A DNA stretch of 64,000 nt, taken from contig JBEIPA010000005.1 of NCBI GenBank assembly GCA_040377305.1, forward strand, positions 96,001-160,000. Direction: 5' to 3'. A program made the position numbers and the translations under genes. Shown here piece after piece: positions 28,636 to 38,425 of this stretch (positions within the stretch are counted from its first letter, which is position 1; every line of letters begins with the position of its first letter). The notes under the pieces were generated by a model, which did no database searches, was not told the DNA's origin, and saw only the letters and a list, made by a program, of their open reading frames with translations. Source of the stretch: Flavobacteriales bacterium (GTDB taxonomy: Bacteria; Bacteroidota; Bacteroidia; Palsa-965).

Positions 28636-28899
28636 TTACTCTGCGTTAACAGCTTCAACGGAAACATACGAACGTTCATCGCGCTTCTTTGTGAATTTCA
28701 CGATGCCGTCAGTAAGTGCAAACAGTGTATGGTCTTTCCCCATTCCAACGTTTGGACCAGCGAAGTGCTTAGTGCCACGCTGACGAACGATGATGTTCCC
28801 AGCAATAGCAGCCTGTCCGCCGTAGATCTTAATTCCTAGACGCGGCGAGCGGGATTCGCGGCCGTTCTTTACTTTACCTTCACCTTTTTTATGTGCCAT
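28636..28899 (-). CDS. rpmA: 50S ribosomal protein bL27
   Basis: [14 protein letters not shown]...RLG.K...[10 protein letters not shown]. Confidence 0.98.
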   Translation of the reverse strand: MAHKKGEGKVKNGRESRSPRLGIKIYGGQAAIAGNIIVRQRGTKHFAGPNVGMGKDHTLFALTDGIVKFTKKRDERSYVSVEAVNAE

Positions 28900-28963
28900 T
28901 GTTCTATGGTGTTAGTTGTGCTTGTCAGACTGATGATATTCTAAGGCTGACAATCGCAACGGT

Positions 28964-29503
28964 TTAGTCTTCTTTTTTCTTCTTAGTTGTTTTCTTCGCT
29001 GCTGCTTTCTTAGGAGCTGCTGCTTTTTTCGCTGCTTTCTTCGGCTTCTCTTCTACTACCTCTTCAACTTCTTCGGCCTCAACTTCAGCTACTGCGTAAA
29101 CGCGCTTAGTTTGCTGCTTACGTGAACGCGCTTGCAATTCGCGCATTGAAGCAACTTCAGTTTTCGCATCTTCAGCACTGAGTTTTTCTCCTTTTCCAAG
29201 TACTCCCTGGATGAAGAGCTCAGTCATCTGCTGACGGTGACCGTTCAGCTTGCGATAACCTTTACGGCGTTTCTTTTTGAAGACGAGCACTTTGTCGCCT
29301 TGTACGTGTGCAAGCACTTTTGCTGCTACACGTGCCCCGTCTACTGCAGGGGAACCAACGGTGATTTTACCGTCGTTGTCAATGAGAAGGACTTTTGCGA
29401 ACTCTACGTTCTCACCTTCATTAGCCTCGAGGCGGTGCACAAAAACACGTTGTTTTTTTGCCACTTTGTACTGGAGCCCGGCTATTTCTACGATTGCGTA
29501 CAT
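28964..29503 (-). CDS. rplU: 50S ribosomal protein bL21 with C-terminal extension
   Basis: [14 protein letters not shown]...[17 protein letters not shown], followed by an acidic then K/A-rich tail. Confidence 0.97.
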   Translation of the reverse strand: MYAIVEIAGLQYKVAKKQRVFVHRLEANEGENVEFAKVLLIDNDGKITVGSPAVDGARVAAKVLAHVQGDKVLVFKKKRRKGYRKLNGHRQQMTELFIQGVLGKGEKLSAEDAKTEVASMRELQARSRKQQTKRVYAVAEVEAEEVEEVVEEKPKKAAKKAAAPKKAAAKKTTKKKKED

Positions 29504-29685
29504 GATTAGAATTTTAGTCGTTTTTCCCTAAAAGGGACGCAAAGATACTAACAATGCGCTAATGTGCCAATTTGCTTATACGCTAAATCGAAGGAAAAAT
29601 GGCGATTTGCGCGATTTTATTGAAATTTTCGGCGAATTTCAACTGCGCTGATTAGCAAATTAACCCACAAACAAGTAAGCCAACT

Positions 29686-30402
29686 TTAGTATGGATTCGT
29701 CTTCAGCCAGATGTAGACCACCTTATTCGTATTCCGATCCACGTTAATCGTGTAATTGGTGTGAGCACTTTCACCGGTTACTTCGTAGTCTACACTAAAG
29801 AGTTCTAACTCCGGATCATCGACGCCGTTTGCGAAACGATACCCGAGCATTTCAGTTGTAAGCTTCTGTCCCGCGTACAATGAATCGTTGTAATGTGTGA
29901 CGTAATAAATTTCTCCCATCACATCGTCGGGCAATAGTTCGTTGTCTTTGAGCTTTTGAATCGCAGCCTGATCGTCGGCAATACATGCCGCAACTGCATC
30001 ATCTGTAATCTTCAAATACTCTTCGGCTTTGCGCAATTCAGGCAATTCGAACAAGTAGGTGAAGGTTTCTCCTGCTTTTGATTCAGCAATAATCTTCAGG
30101 TGGGTTTCTCCTTCGAGATCTTTTTCTGAAAGTTCTGTTGCAATTTCTTTCGCCACTGAATTAGCCGCACGCTCACGTTCAACGTCTTCAATGTGCGAGC
30201 TGCAGTCTTTGAAGGTAAACGTGGTCATGCTCGTGCTAACGCCATTACTGGTTTCCGCAGAAACACCGCACGTAACACTGGAAGCATTCATATCGTCGAG
30301 GTATTTGTCTGCGACTTCCTGCTTGTGTTTGAATGCTTCTGTACACGAAGCCAGAAACAACATCAAGAATGCACATAGTACGATTGGGTTTGTTTTGCTC
30401 AT
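29686..30402 (-). CDS. Hypothetical acidic lipoprotein
   Basis: Lipobox FLASC; 238-aa ORF co-oriented with its neighbours. Confidence 0.75.
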   Translation of the reverse strand: MSKTNPIVLCAFLMLFLASCTEAFKHKQEVADKYLDDMNASSVTCGVSAETSNGVSTSMTTFTFKDCSSHIEDVERERAANSVAKEIATELSEKDLEGETHLKIIAESKAGETFTYLFELPELRKAEEYLKITDDAVAACIADDQAAIQKLKDNELLPDDVMGEIYYVTHYNDSLYAGQKLTTEMLGYRFANGVDDPELELFSVDYEVTGESAHTNYTINVDRNTNKVVYIWLKTNPY

Positions 30403-30435
30403 CTTATTCTGTTTTTAGGTTTAGAATTCGTGACA

Positions 30436-31785
30436 TTACGAGATATGCTTGAGGATTAACTGTTCCACTTCCTCCGTGTCCCACTTCTGATCAATGTTCG
30501 GAACCGCCGCCATCACTTTCTTCATGATCACGTCCTGCTGAGCGCCTTTCTCCAGTGCGTATGAATAACGAATGTCTGGACGATAAGTTACCATCGTGTA
30601 CTGCGGCACCCATTTATCCGGATGCTTTTCGCTGAACCACGCTTCAATTTTTTTCTGCAACAGAAATTTCGGATCAGCGGTTTTGTCACGCATCTCAATG
30701 AAGTTGCCGAGTGCTAAATCTGCCACTGCATCTCCGTCTGGCTTCCGAAGATTTTCGTAAGCACCCATGATCTCGCTCCAGTTCTCTTTGTGTTTGGTGA
30801 TCAGTTCATCCAACACAACACAGTCTTCAAAACCGCAATTCATACCTTGTCCGTAGAAAGGAACAATAGCATGAGCTGCATCACCAATCAATGCAAGTTT
30901 ATCGTCGAACGTCCACGGAAAACATTTCACCGTTACCAATGAAGATGTTGGATTGTGCATGAAATCTTCAATCAACGTTGGCATCAGCGGAACGGCATCC
31001 GGAAACACGCGCTCGAAAAATTCTTTCACTTCTTCCTTGGTCTTCAGCTTCGCAAACGAATTTTCTCCTTCGAACGGCATGAAGAGCGTACACGTAAAAG
31101 TTCCATCAATATTCGGTAGCGCAATCATCATAAAGCTCTTGCGCGGCCAGATGTGTAATGCGTTCTTTTCAATCAGAAATTCTCCGTTGGGCCCGGCCGG
31201 GATTACCAGTTCTTTATATCCGTGTTCAATGTAAAACTGGTTGTAAGTAAAACGATCATTCCCCAACATTGCACTCAATCGTGCGGCAGAGAAGGCTCCA
31301 TCCGATCCGAAAATCAAGTCGGAATTCACATGAGTTTCCTTGTGCGTTTTTTCGTGTATGAAAGAAGATTTGCCGGCTCGTGAATCCACATTCGTGCAGC
31401 GCTCTTCGAAATTGATTTTCACATTCGGCATGCTCTCCGCCAAATCCATCAGTTTCATATTGATTCCGGCACGAGAAACAGAATTGATTGCCTGCCCTGC
31501 TTTTCCATAAGGCTGAAATCCTGTAGTTCCATCCTGATTGTGAAGGAAACGACCGTACATCGGTATGGCAATCTTGCGGATCTCATCAGCAATACCTACG
31601 CCTTCGAGTCCACGAAAACCACGATCGCTCAACGCCAGGTTAATCGATTTTCCTGCGCTCATTTTATTCAGGCGCATATCGGCGCGACGTTCAAACACAT
31701 TCACATTATAACCACGCTTTGCGAGGTAAATAGAAAGCAGAGATCCAACGAGGCCTGCACCGATTACTGAAACACTTTTACTCAT
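30436..31785 (-). CDS. kmo: Kynurenine 3-monooxygenase
   Basis: GAGLVG FAD motif, GKSINLALSDRG, ALHIWPR, GDAAHAIVPFYGQGMNCGFED, NFIEMRD; start ATG 31785. Confidence 0.95.
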   Translation of the reverse strand: MSKSVSVIGAGLVGSLLSIYLAKRGYNVNVFERRADMRLNKMSAGKSINLALSDRGFRGLEGVGIADEIRKIAIPMYGRFLHNQDGTTGFQPYGKAGQAINSVSRAGINMKLMDLAESMPNVKINFEERCTNVDSRAGKSSFIHEKTHKETHVNSDLIFGSDGAFSAARLSAMLGNDRFTYNQFYIEHGYKELVIPAGPNGEFLIEKNALHIWPRKSFMMIALPNIDGTFTCTLFMPFEGENSFAKLKTKEEVKEFFERVFPDAVPLMPTLIEDFMHNPTSSLVTVKCFPWTFDDKLALIGDAAHAIVPFYGQGMNCGFEDCVVLDELITKHKENWSEIMGAYENLRKPDGDAVADLALGNFIEMRDKTADPKFLLQKKIEAWFSEKHPDKWVPQYTMVTYRPDIRYSYALEKGAQQDVIMKKVMAAVPNIDQKWDTEEVEQLILKHIS

Positions 31786-31907
31786 AATTCTCCTATAAGA
31801 CTGAATGACAAAGAAAATCAATTTACAGGTGCTCAGGCCCAATTTTGATTGCATTATATTTACACAAATTGCATTCCTGATATTAATCATACTGTTATAC
31901 GCATTAC

Positions 31908-32753
31908 ATGTTCGGAAACTTTCTGCGTTGGTGCATTAATACGTGGTTGAATATCACCGGAAAATCGATTTCACTCACTGAAAATCCCTGGTTGCGCGGA
32001 CCTGTTTCCGAAGGCAATGTAATCGGTGAAGATTTCTACGAACGCTTTGCAAAACGCGCAGGACTAGTCATCGAGGTTCCGGAAAAAGGCGGCTTGCTAC
32101 CCGACTTTAGTGTTGTCACCGTCGACAGTGCAATCCCCGGCACGAAACTTCACAAGGCAGTCAAAGACTTTTACGAGCAAACAGTTCTCTACAAAATGGA
32201 TGTTTGGGGACAGTGGTCTTCTCCCATTGCCATCTTCGCGAAAATTCTCATTAAGTCTGTGAGCGAGAAAATGAATCAGCTGAACATTCCACTCAGTCCG
32301 TTGGAAACGAGTCTCGGTATGAGCAGCGAAGTAATTCAACTCAAAGATCCATCAACAGGCGAAGTAAAATACACCTGCTGGCTGCGAAAAACAGTGAAAT
32401 CCAATCGCGTGGTGTATGCCGGATTTTACACGCACTGTGTTACACCAAAAGGGACATTCGTAAAAGTTGTTTTCCCTTTGCCAAAAGGAAACGTTACCGT
32501 GTTGTTGAAAGCAAACGTACAGGAAGACGGTGGCGTAAAACTCATCTCCGCCGGAAAAGGAATTGGTGATGCGGGTTATTACCGTGTGCTCAACATCAAC
32601 AGCGACAAAGTGAAAACACGATACATTCCGCTGAAGGAATCCATTCACGTATTCGAAGACAAATCGGGAATACTTCGCACCGATCATGAATTTCGTTTCT
32701 GGGGAATTAAGTTCCTGCACCTTCATTATAAAATCAACAAAACAATCAGCTGA
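31908..32753 (+). CDS. Hypothetical protein (resembles the soluble YndJ C-terminal domain)
   Basis: V.DFYE.T..Y, QLNIP, W.R......V.Y.G.Y, V.FPLP.GN.TV.L motifs. Confidence 0.6.
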   Translation: MFGNFLRWCINTWLNITGKSISLTENPWLRGPVSEGNVIGEDFYERFAKRAGLVIEVPEKGGLLPDFSVVTVDSAIPGTKLHKAVKDFYEQTVLYKMDVWGQWSSPIAIFAKILIKSVSEKMNQLNIPLSPLETSLGMSSEVIQLKDPSTGEVKYTCWLRKTVKSNRVVYAGFYTHCVTPKGTFVKVVFPLPKGNVTVLLKANVQEDGGVKLISAGKGIGDAGYYRVLNINSDKVKTRYIPLKESIHVFEDKSGILRTDHEFRFWGIKFLHLHYKINKTIS

Positions 32754-33700
32754 TGAAACTGTTTCATAATTTTGGAACAACACTTTTCCTCGCTCTGGCG
32801 ATAGTTGTGACTTCTTGCGGGGGCGGCCCGATTGAGCATGGGAAAGAGTACATTTTAGAGGCTCCCATGAACTCAGCAGATGTAGATATGCAGTCGACAG
32901 TTGCTGTACTTGAGAATCGACTGAACAACTTTGGATTAAAAGGTGATTTCGAGTTGTCGCGAGACTCAAACAGAATTACCGTCCGCGTCCGTCAAGGTGC
33001 AATTGCCGACGATTCCAAAATGAGAAAGTTGCTGCAAAGCTCCGCCAACCTTGTGTTTCGCGCTATGTACACAATGGGTGAAATCTCACCCGTAATTACC
33101 GAAGCACAACAAACGTATATCCGTATTAATCACATTGATTCCATCACAGCGCTCTCAGCAGGAATAATTCCCTACGCAGCTGAATCCGGATGGGACCCCG
33201 AAGGTGCATTGATCATTAGTTGCCGTGCGAAAGACACCATGGCCGTGATGAATATTCTTCGGACTGATTCAATTGCAATTCTATTTCCGTCAGATGTTGT
33301 TTTCCATTGGGGGACGGGACCGGAATTGGAAACCGGTGAACTCACCTATGGTTTGTTTGCGTGCAAAGTGGGACGCAATTATGTAATGAGTGGGAACTAT
33401 ATAGAATCAGCCGATGCTTTATTGAATCCAAACTACAATTCCTGGGAGATTTCATTGGTTTTTGACCCGGTAGGTGCAAAAGAATTTTCCCGCATTACAA
33501 AAGACAATGTCGGACGGAATCTTGCCATTGAGCTCGACGACTTCGTGTACAACTATCCCACTGTAAATGCTGAAATTACCGGTGGGGTGGCAGTAATTAC
33601 TGGCAATTTCACAGAGACGGAGGCAGGGGATCTTGCAAAAATTTTAAGTGCCGGAAGTCTTCCATTGCCCGTTGCACTTGTTCAGGAAACTGACTTCTGA
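32753..33700 (+). CDS. Lipoprotein consisting of the SecD P1 periplasmic domain only
   Basis: Lipobox VVTSC; LENRLNNFGL, GAKEFSRITKDNVGRNLAIELDD, ITGNFTETEA.DLA.IL.AGSLP; no TM helices. Confidence 0.8.
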   Translation: MKLFHNFGTTLFLALAIVVTSCGGGPIEHGKEYILEAPMNSADVDMQSTVAVLENRLNNFGLKGDFELSRDSNRITVRVRQGAIADDSKMRKLLQSSANLVFRAMYTMGEISPVITEAQQTYIRINHIDSITALSAGIIPYAAESGWDPEGALIISCRAKDTMAVMNILRTDSIAILFPSDVVFHWGTGPELETGELTYGLFACKVGRNYVMSGNYIESADALLNPNYNSWEISLVFDPVGAKEFSRITKDNVGRNLAIELDDFVYNYPTVNAEITGGVAVITGNFTETEAGDLAKILSAGSLPLPVALVQETDF

Positions 33701-34972
33701 TTAAGCCTTCATCGCCTCTTCCAGCTTCTGTCCGAAACGCCAAACGTCTTCGAAAGAATTGTAAAGCGGTACCGGAGCCATTCGAATCACATTCGGTTCT
33801 CTCCAATCGGGCATCACACCGTTCGACATAAGCGTATCAAATAATTTCCTGCCGTAGCCGTGCGCAATTACACTCACCTGACAACCGCGGTATTTCCAGT
33901 CGCGCGGCGTAATAATCTCGAGACAATTATTATGTTTCTTCGAAATTTCGTCAATGATAAATTCGAGATAAGCCGATAGCTTTTCGGTTTTCGCGCGCAG
34001 CTTCTCCATTCCTACTTCATCGAAAATTTCCAGCGCAGCATTGTGTGCCGCCATCGAGAAAACTGGTGCGTTACTCAATTGCCAGCCTTCTGCTCCGGGA
34101 ATCGGATTAAATCCTTTTTGCATTTTGAATCGCGTGGCTTTATCGTGTCCCCACCAACCTGCGAAACGAACTACACCCGAATCGGCGTGACGTGCGTGCA
34201 CAAATGCTCCAGCCACACTTCCAGGTCCGCTGTTCAGATACTTATAAGAACACCAGCACGCAAAGTCAACATCCCAGTCGTGTAAACGCAATACCAGATT
34301 TCCGGCAGCATGTGCAAGATCAAAGCCGGCATACGCTCCAATGGCATGAGCCGCTTTTGTAATTGCAGCCATGTCGAATACTTGTCCGCTGTAATAGTTT
34401 ACACCGCCAATGAAGACAAGTGCAATCTCTTCCTTGTGCTTTTCAAGTGCCGCAAAAATATCTTCGTGACGAATAGTGTGCTCTCCTTCGCGAGGTGCAA
34501 TTTCAATCACTGCATCTTCGTAATCGTAACCGTGAAATTTCACTTGAGACTCTAGCGCGTACTGGTCTGAAGGAAAAGCTTTTGCTTCGCACAAAATTTT
34601 GTATCGCAATCCGCGCGGACGATAAAACGAAACCATCAGCAAGTGAATATTCACGGTAAGCTGGTTCATGCAAACAACTTCGCCGGGCTTTGCCCCAACC
34701 AGTCGTGCAGATTTCTCCGTAAGAAATTCATGATACGGCATCCACGGCTTATTCGCCACGAAATGTCCTTCAACCCCATGCTTTGCCCAGTCGTCGAGTT
34801 CTGCATTAATGGCAGCACGGGTAGTAACCGGTTGTAATCCAAGTGAGTTACCGGTGAGATAAATTACATCCTCCCCGTTGTGTTTCGGAATTAGAAATTT
34901 CTGGCGATAACCAGCGAGTGGATCGTTCCGGTCGCATTCCTGCGCAAAAGTGTGTGTGTTCTGAAACTGCAT
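33701..34972 (-). CDS. kynU: Kynureninase
   Basis: YLTGNSLGLQP, AFPSDQY, FDLAHAAGN, WCSYKYLNSGPG, AGWWGH, APVPLYN. Confidence 0.96.
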   Translation of the reverse strand: MQFQNTHTFAQECDRNDPLAGYRQKFLIPKHNGEDVIYLTGNSLGLQPVTTRAAINAELDDWAKHGVEGHFVANKPWMPYHEFLTEKSARLVGAKPGEVVCMNQLTVNIHLLMVSFYRPRGLRYKILCEAKAFPSDQYALESQVKFHGYDYEDAVIEIAPREGEHTIRHEDIFAALEKHKEEIALVFIGGVNYYSGQVFDMAAITKAAHAIGAYAGFDLAHAAGNLVLRLHDWDVDFACWCSYKYLNSGPGSVAGAFVHARHADSGVVRFAGWWGHDKATRFKMQKGFNPIPGAEGWQLSNAPVFSMAAHNAALEIFDEVGMEKLRAKTEKLSAYLEFIIDEISKKHNNCLEIITPRDWKYRGCQVSVIAHGYGRKLFDTLMSNGVMPDWREPNVIRMAPVPLYNSFEDVWRFGQKLEEAMKA

Positions 34973-35225
34973 ACGTATGAAATTGCTGGGCCAAAGATAG
35001 GCGCTTGCATGAGTTTGTGATCAGATACAATCGGCAGTTTGTTCCCGATTGTGTAGACTAATTCCATCTTTTTGGGGAAAACTCCCAATTTTTTATAATC
35101 TGAAAATCGCGACGTAAAAATCAAATTTTCTCCACCCATAACATATATCAGGAGCTATCGATTTCCCCGTGTGGTCATGATTTTGATCGTGCTGTTTGGT
35201 ATTACACCAAAACACTACCATCAAC

Positions 35226-36731
35226 ATGAAAAATCAACTACTATTATTTATTGGCCTTGCACTAGTCACGACCGCAAGTGCGCAATCAGACGAACGACCT
35301 TGGAGCTTCGGCTTACACGGCGGAATCACACAATACAACGGTGACCACGGACAAAATTTCTTTAAAACCAAACAAGCCGGATATGGTTTCGCGGGTGCTT
35401 CAATCTCCCGTTACATTTCTCCTCATTGGGATGCCTCAATCTATCAGACTTATGGTCAAATTGGAAATCGCGAAGAACTTTCATCCTGGAGCACTCCGGA
35501 AGATATAGCGACCAGCTATTTCCGTACGCAATTGAGCACTACTCACTTGTTTGTTAAGTTTCATTTTGTCACTCCTGAACATGCAGTTCGTCCGTACCTA
35601 CTAGTTGGTGGCGGATTGATCGTTTATGAGAAAGATTATTCGCTTGTACACCAGCGAGTAGAAGGCTCTTTGCCAACTTTTGGTTTAGGTGTAAATCTTC
35701 GTGTTACAGATTACATGAAACTTCAATTACAGGAAACATTCATGTACACCACAACCGACAATGTTGACAAAACAATTGGCGGTGGAGCGAATGATGCCTA
35801 TCTCTATCACAGCGTTGGATTGATTTTCGAATTCGGAAAAATGCCGGACGCCGATATGGATGGCGTAAGCGATAAAAAAGACAAGTGTGCTTCAACGCCG
35901 GCAGGTGTTGCAGTCGATGCTTCAGGTTGCCCTGTTGACGGAGACAAAGATGGTGTAGCAGATTATCTGGATGATTGTCCGGCTGTTGCAGGTGTTTCAT
36001 CTTTGAAAGGTTGCCCAGATGGCGACAAAGACGGAATTGCAGACAAAGATGATCGTTGTCCGGATGTATTTGGTCCTTCAGACACACGTGGTTGTCCTGA
36101 CACAGATGGAGACGGTGTTGTAGACATCGACGACAAATGTTCTGCAACTGCAAGCAAATACAAAGTAGATGCAACTGGTTGTCCTGTTGATACAGACAAA
36201 GACGGAGTCTTCAACGAAGACGATCGTTGCCCAACAATTGCAGGTCAACTCGTGTTTCAAGGATGTCCCGACACTGACAAAGATGGTGTATCCGATTTCG
36301 ACGATCGTTGCCCAACTGTAGTTGGTACAATCTCAAATAAAGGTTGTCCTGAAATTACTAAAGAAGACCAGGTGAAAATCACTTCAATCGCCAGCAAGAT
36401 CTATTTTGAAACCGGCAAAGCGACTTTGAAAAAAGAATCTTATGCACAGTTGGATGCACTCGTTCTTATCCTCCAGAAATATGAAGGCGCAATCCTCGTG
36501 ATTGAAGGCCACACAGACAATGTAGGTGAAGACGCGTACAACATGACTTTGTCACAAGAAAGAACAGATGCGGTGAAAGCCTATCTCATGTCTAAAGGAA
36601 TCATGGAATCACGTCTGGTTGCTTATGGATACGGTGAAACTAAGCCTGTCGATGACAACAACAAGTCAGCAGGTCGCGCAAAAAATCGCCGTGTTGAATT
36701 GAAAACCACTTATGAAGTTCCAGTGAAATAA
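35226..36731 (+). CDS. OmpA-family protein (barrel, thrombospondin type 3 repeats, OmpA domain)
   Basis: Tandem D.D.DG..D..D.CP repeats; IEGHTD, LSQERT..V, GYGE..P, NRRVE. Confidence 0.93.
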   Translation: MKNQLLLFIGLALVTTASAQSDERPWSFGLHGGITQYNGDHGQNFFKTKQAGYGFAGASISRYISPHWDASIYQTYGQIGNREELSSWSTPEDIATSYFRTQLSTTHLFVKFHFVTPEHAVRPYLLVGGGLIVYEKDYSLVHQRVEGSLPTFGLGVNLRVTDYMKLQLQETFMYTTTDNVDKTIGGGANDAYLYHSVGLIFEFGKMPDADMDGVSDKKDKCASTPAGVAVDASGCPVDGDKDGVADYLDDCPAVAGVSSLKGCPDGDKDGIADKDDRCPDVFGPSDTRGCPDTDGDGVVDIDDKCSATASKYKVDATGCPVDTDKDGVFNEDDRCPTIAGQLVFQGCPDTDKDGVSDFDDRCPTVVGTISNKGCPEITKEDQVKITSIASKIYFETGKATLKKESYAQLDALVLILQKYEGAILVIEGHTDNVGEDAYNMTLSQERTDAVKAYLMSKGIMESRLVAYGYGETKPVDDNNKSAGRAKNRRVELKTTYEVPVK

Positions 36732-36780
36732 AATACACACAATGGAGAGTTAAGGTGGTACAATTGGTACTCTCCGGCAA

Positions 36781-36822
36781 AAGAGGAAGCGCAGATAAGT
36801 TCTGTGCTTCCTCTTCGCTTTT
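36781..36822 (+). terminator. Hairpin terminator after the OmpA gene
   Basis: AAGAGGAAGCGCAGA/TCTGTGCTTCCTCTT 15-bp stem, then CGCTTTT. Confidence 0.7.
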
Positions 36823-36912
36823 ACAGCGCGACCAGAAGAAACCTGCCGCTTAAACATTTTCTGTCTGCTCACGACTTTCATCTGACCTCTGACGTCTATC
36901 TTTGCGGCGTCT

Positions 36913-38205
36913 ATGAATAACAAACGTTCCGAAGAGCTGTACGCTGCAGCCAAAAAATATTTCCCCGGTGGTGTCAATTCTCCGGTCCGCGCATTTCGTT
37001 CTGTAGGTGGAACCCCACTTTTCATTTCCAAAGGCAAAGGCTCACACATCTGGGATGCAGACGGAAACGAATTCATCGACTACTGCGGCTCGTGGGGACC
37101 ATTGATCAACGGTCACGCGCATCCTGCCATCATCGAAGCGATTACAAAAACAGTTCAGGACGGAACTTCATTCGGCGCTCCAACACAGCTGGAGAATGAG
37201 CTGGCGGAACTAATTCTCTCGAATAATCCGTTCATTGAGAAATTACGTTTCGTAAGTTCCGGAACCGAAGCAGTGATGAGTGCAATTCGCCTCGCTCGTG
37301 GATTCACCGGACGCACTAAAATTCTCAAGTTCGAAGGTTGCTATCACGGACACTCTGATTCCCTTCTCGTGAAAGCAGGTTCAGGCCTTGTCACGTTTGG
37401 TAATACTTCTTCAGCTGGAGTTCCCGAGGCTTTTGTGAATGAAACCATTGTCGTTTCCTTGAATAACGAAGCAGCTGTTGAAGAAGCATTCGCGAAATTC
37501 GGAAATGAACTTGCGTGCGTGATCATCGAACCTATTCCGGCGAACAACGGATTGCTTTTACAACGCAAAGAGTACTTGCAGTTCCTGCGCGACATCTGCA
37601 CAAAACACGGCGCGATGTTATTATTCGACGAAGTGATTTCCGGATTCCGGATTGGGTTCACGGGCGCTGCTGGTCATTACGGCATCAAACCCGACATCAT
37701 CACCTACGGAAAAATTATCGGCGGTGGACTTCCGGTTGGAGCATATGGCGCTTCTGCGAAAATTATGTCGTCCATATCTCCGGAAGGAAATGTATACCAG
37801 GCGGGAACGCTTTCAGGAAATCCCGTGGCGATGGCAGCCGGAATTGCGCAGTTAAAATTGTGTCTCGCGGAGAATTTTTATCCGGAACTCGAACGCAAAT
37901 GCAAAATGCTTTCAGCCGGGATTCAGTCACACTGCGATTCGAAAAAACACAAAGTGAAACTGCACACGCTCGGTTCGATTTTCTGGATAGCTTTTTCAGA
38001 TTCAGCTGCAATTCGTTCCGCTGAAGAAATTGACGGAGAGAGCATGAAACTTTTCCGCAGCATGTATCACGATTTGCTGGAGAACGGAATTTACCTCGGT
38101 CCTTCCGGATATGAAGTTGGATTTGTATCGTCGGTGCATACGGATGAGGATATATGGGCGACAATCGGGAAGTTTACGTCTTCGTTGGATCGCACGTTCG
38201 CATAA
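36913..38205 (+). CDS. hemL: Glutamate-1-semialdehyde 2,1-aminomutase
   Basis: PGGVNSPVRAF, SGTEAVMSA, FEGCYHGH, FDEVISGFR, GKIIGGG.P.GAYG, YQAGTLSGNP. Confidence 0.97.
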   Translation: MNNKRSEELYAAAKKYFPGGVNSPVRAFRSVGGTPLFISKGKGSHIWDADGNEFIDYCGSWGPLINGHAHPAIIEAITKTVQDGTSFGAPTQLENELAELILSNNPFIEKLRFVSSGTEAVMSAIRLARGFTGRTKILKFEGCYHGHSDSLLVKAGSGLVTFGNTSSAGVPEAFVNETIVVSLNNEAAVEEAFAKFGNELACVIIEPIPANNGLLLQRKEYLQFLRDICTKHGAMLLFDEVISGFRIGFTGAAGHYGIKPDIITYGKIIGGGLPVGAYGASAKIMSSISPEGNVYQAGTLSGNPVAMAAGIAQLKLCLAENFYPELERKCKMLSAGIQSHCDSKKHKVKLHTLGSIFWIAFSDSAAIRSAEEIDGESMKLFRSMYHDLLENGIYLGPSGYEVGFVSSVHTDEDIWATIGKFTSSLDRTFA

Positions 38206-38423
38206 TTCAACCCCTTCGGGGTTGTGGTTACACGTGACAGGTTAGTTACCGTAATTAAAGCCCTTCAGGCTTCGCGCATTATGTTGACACGGAAAGTTCT
38301 GATTTCCCGTGTTGAATTGTTCGGCGATTTAATACTCTGGCTCGCGAAATCAGGAACTCCGAAGGAGTTTAATTACGGTAACTAACCCCGTGCACTCACG
38401 TCGCAACCCTGAAGGGGTTGAAT
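38205..38423. repeat. REPIN-like ~219-bp hairpin between convergent genes
   Basis: 20-bp outer inverted repeat with 1 mismatch (38205-38224/38404-38423) and perfect 20-bp inner inverted repeat (38240-38259/38368-38387). Confidence 0.88.
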
Positions 38424-38425
38424 GT

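Noticed and set aside
28922-28953. TTGTCAGAC...GGCTGACAA hairpin between rplU and rpmA as a third family B copy
   Set aside because: Arm order is reversed and the outer arms are absent; it may be a decayed REP or a local structure.
35840-36350. Tandem repeats within the OmpA gene
   Set aside because: Ordinary thrombospondin type 3 Ca-binding repeats, common in Bacteroidota OmpA proteins.
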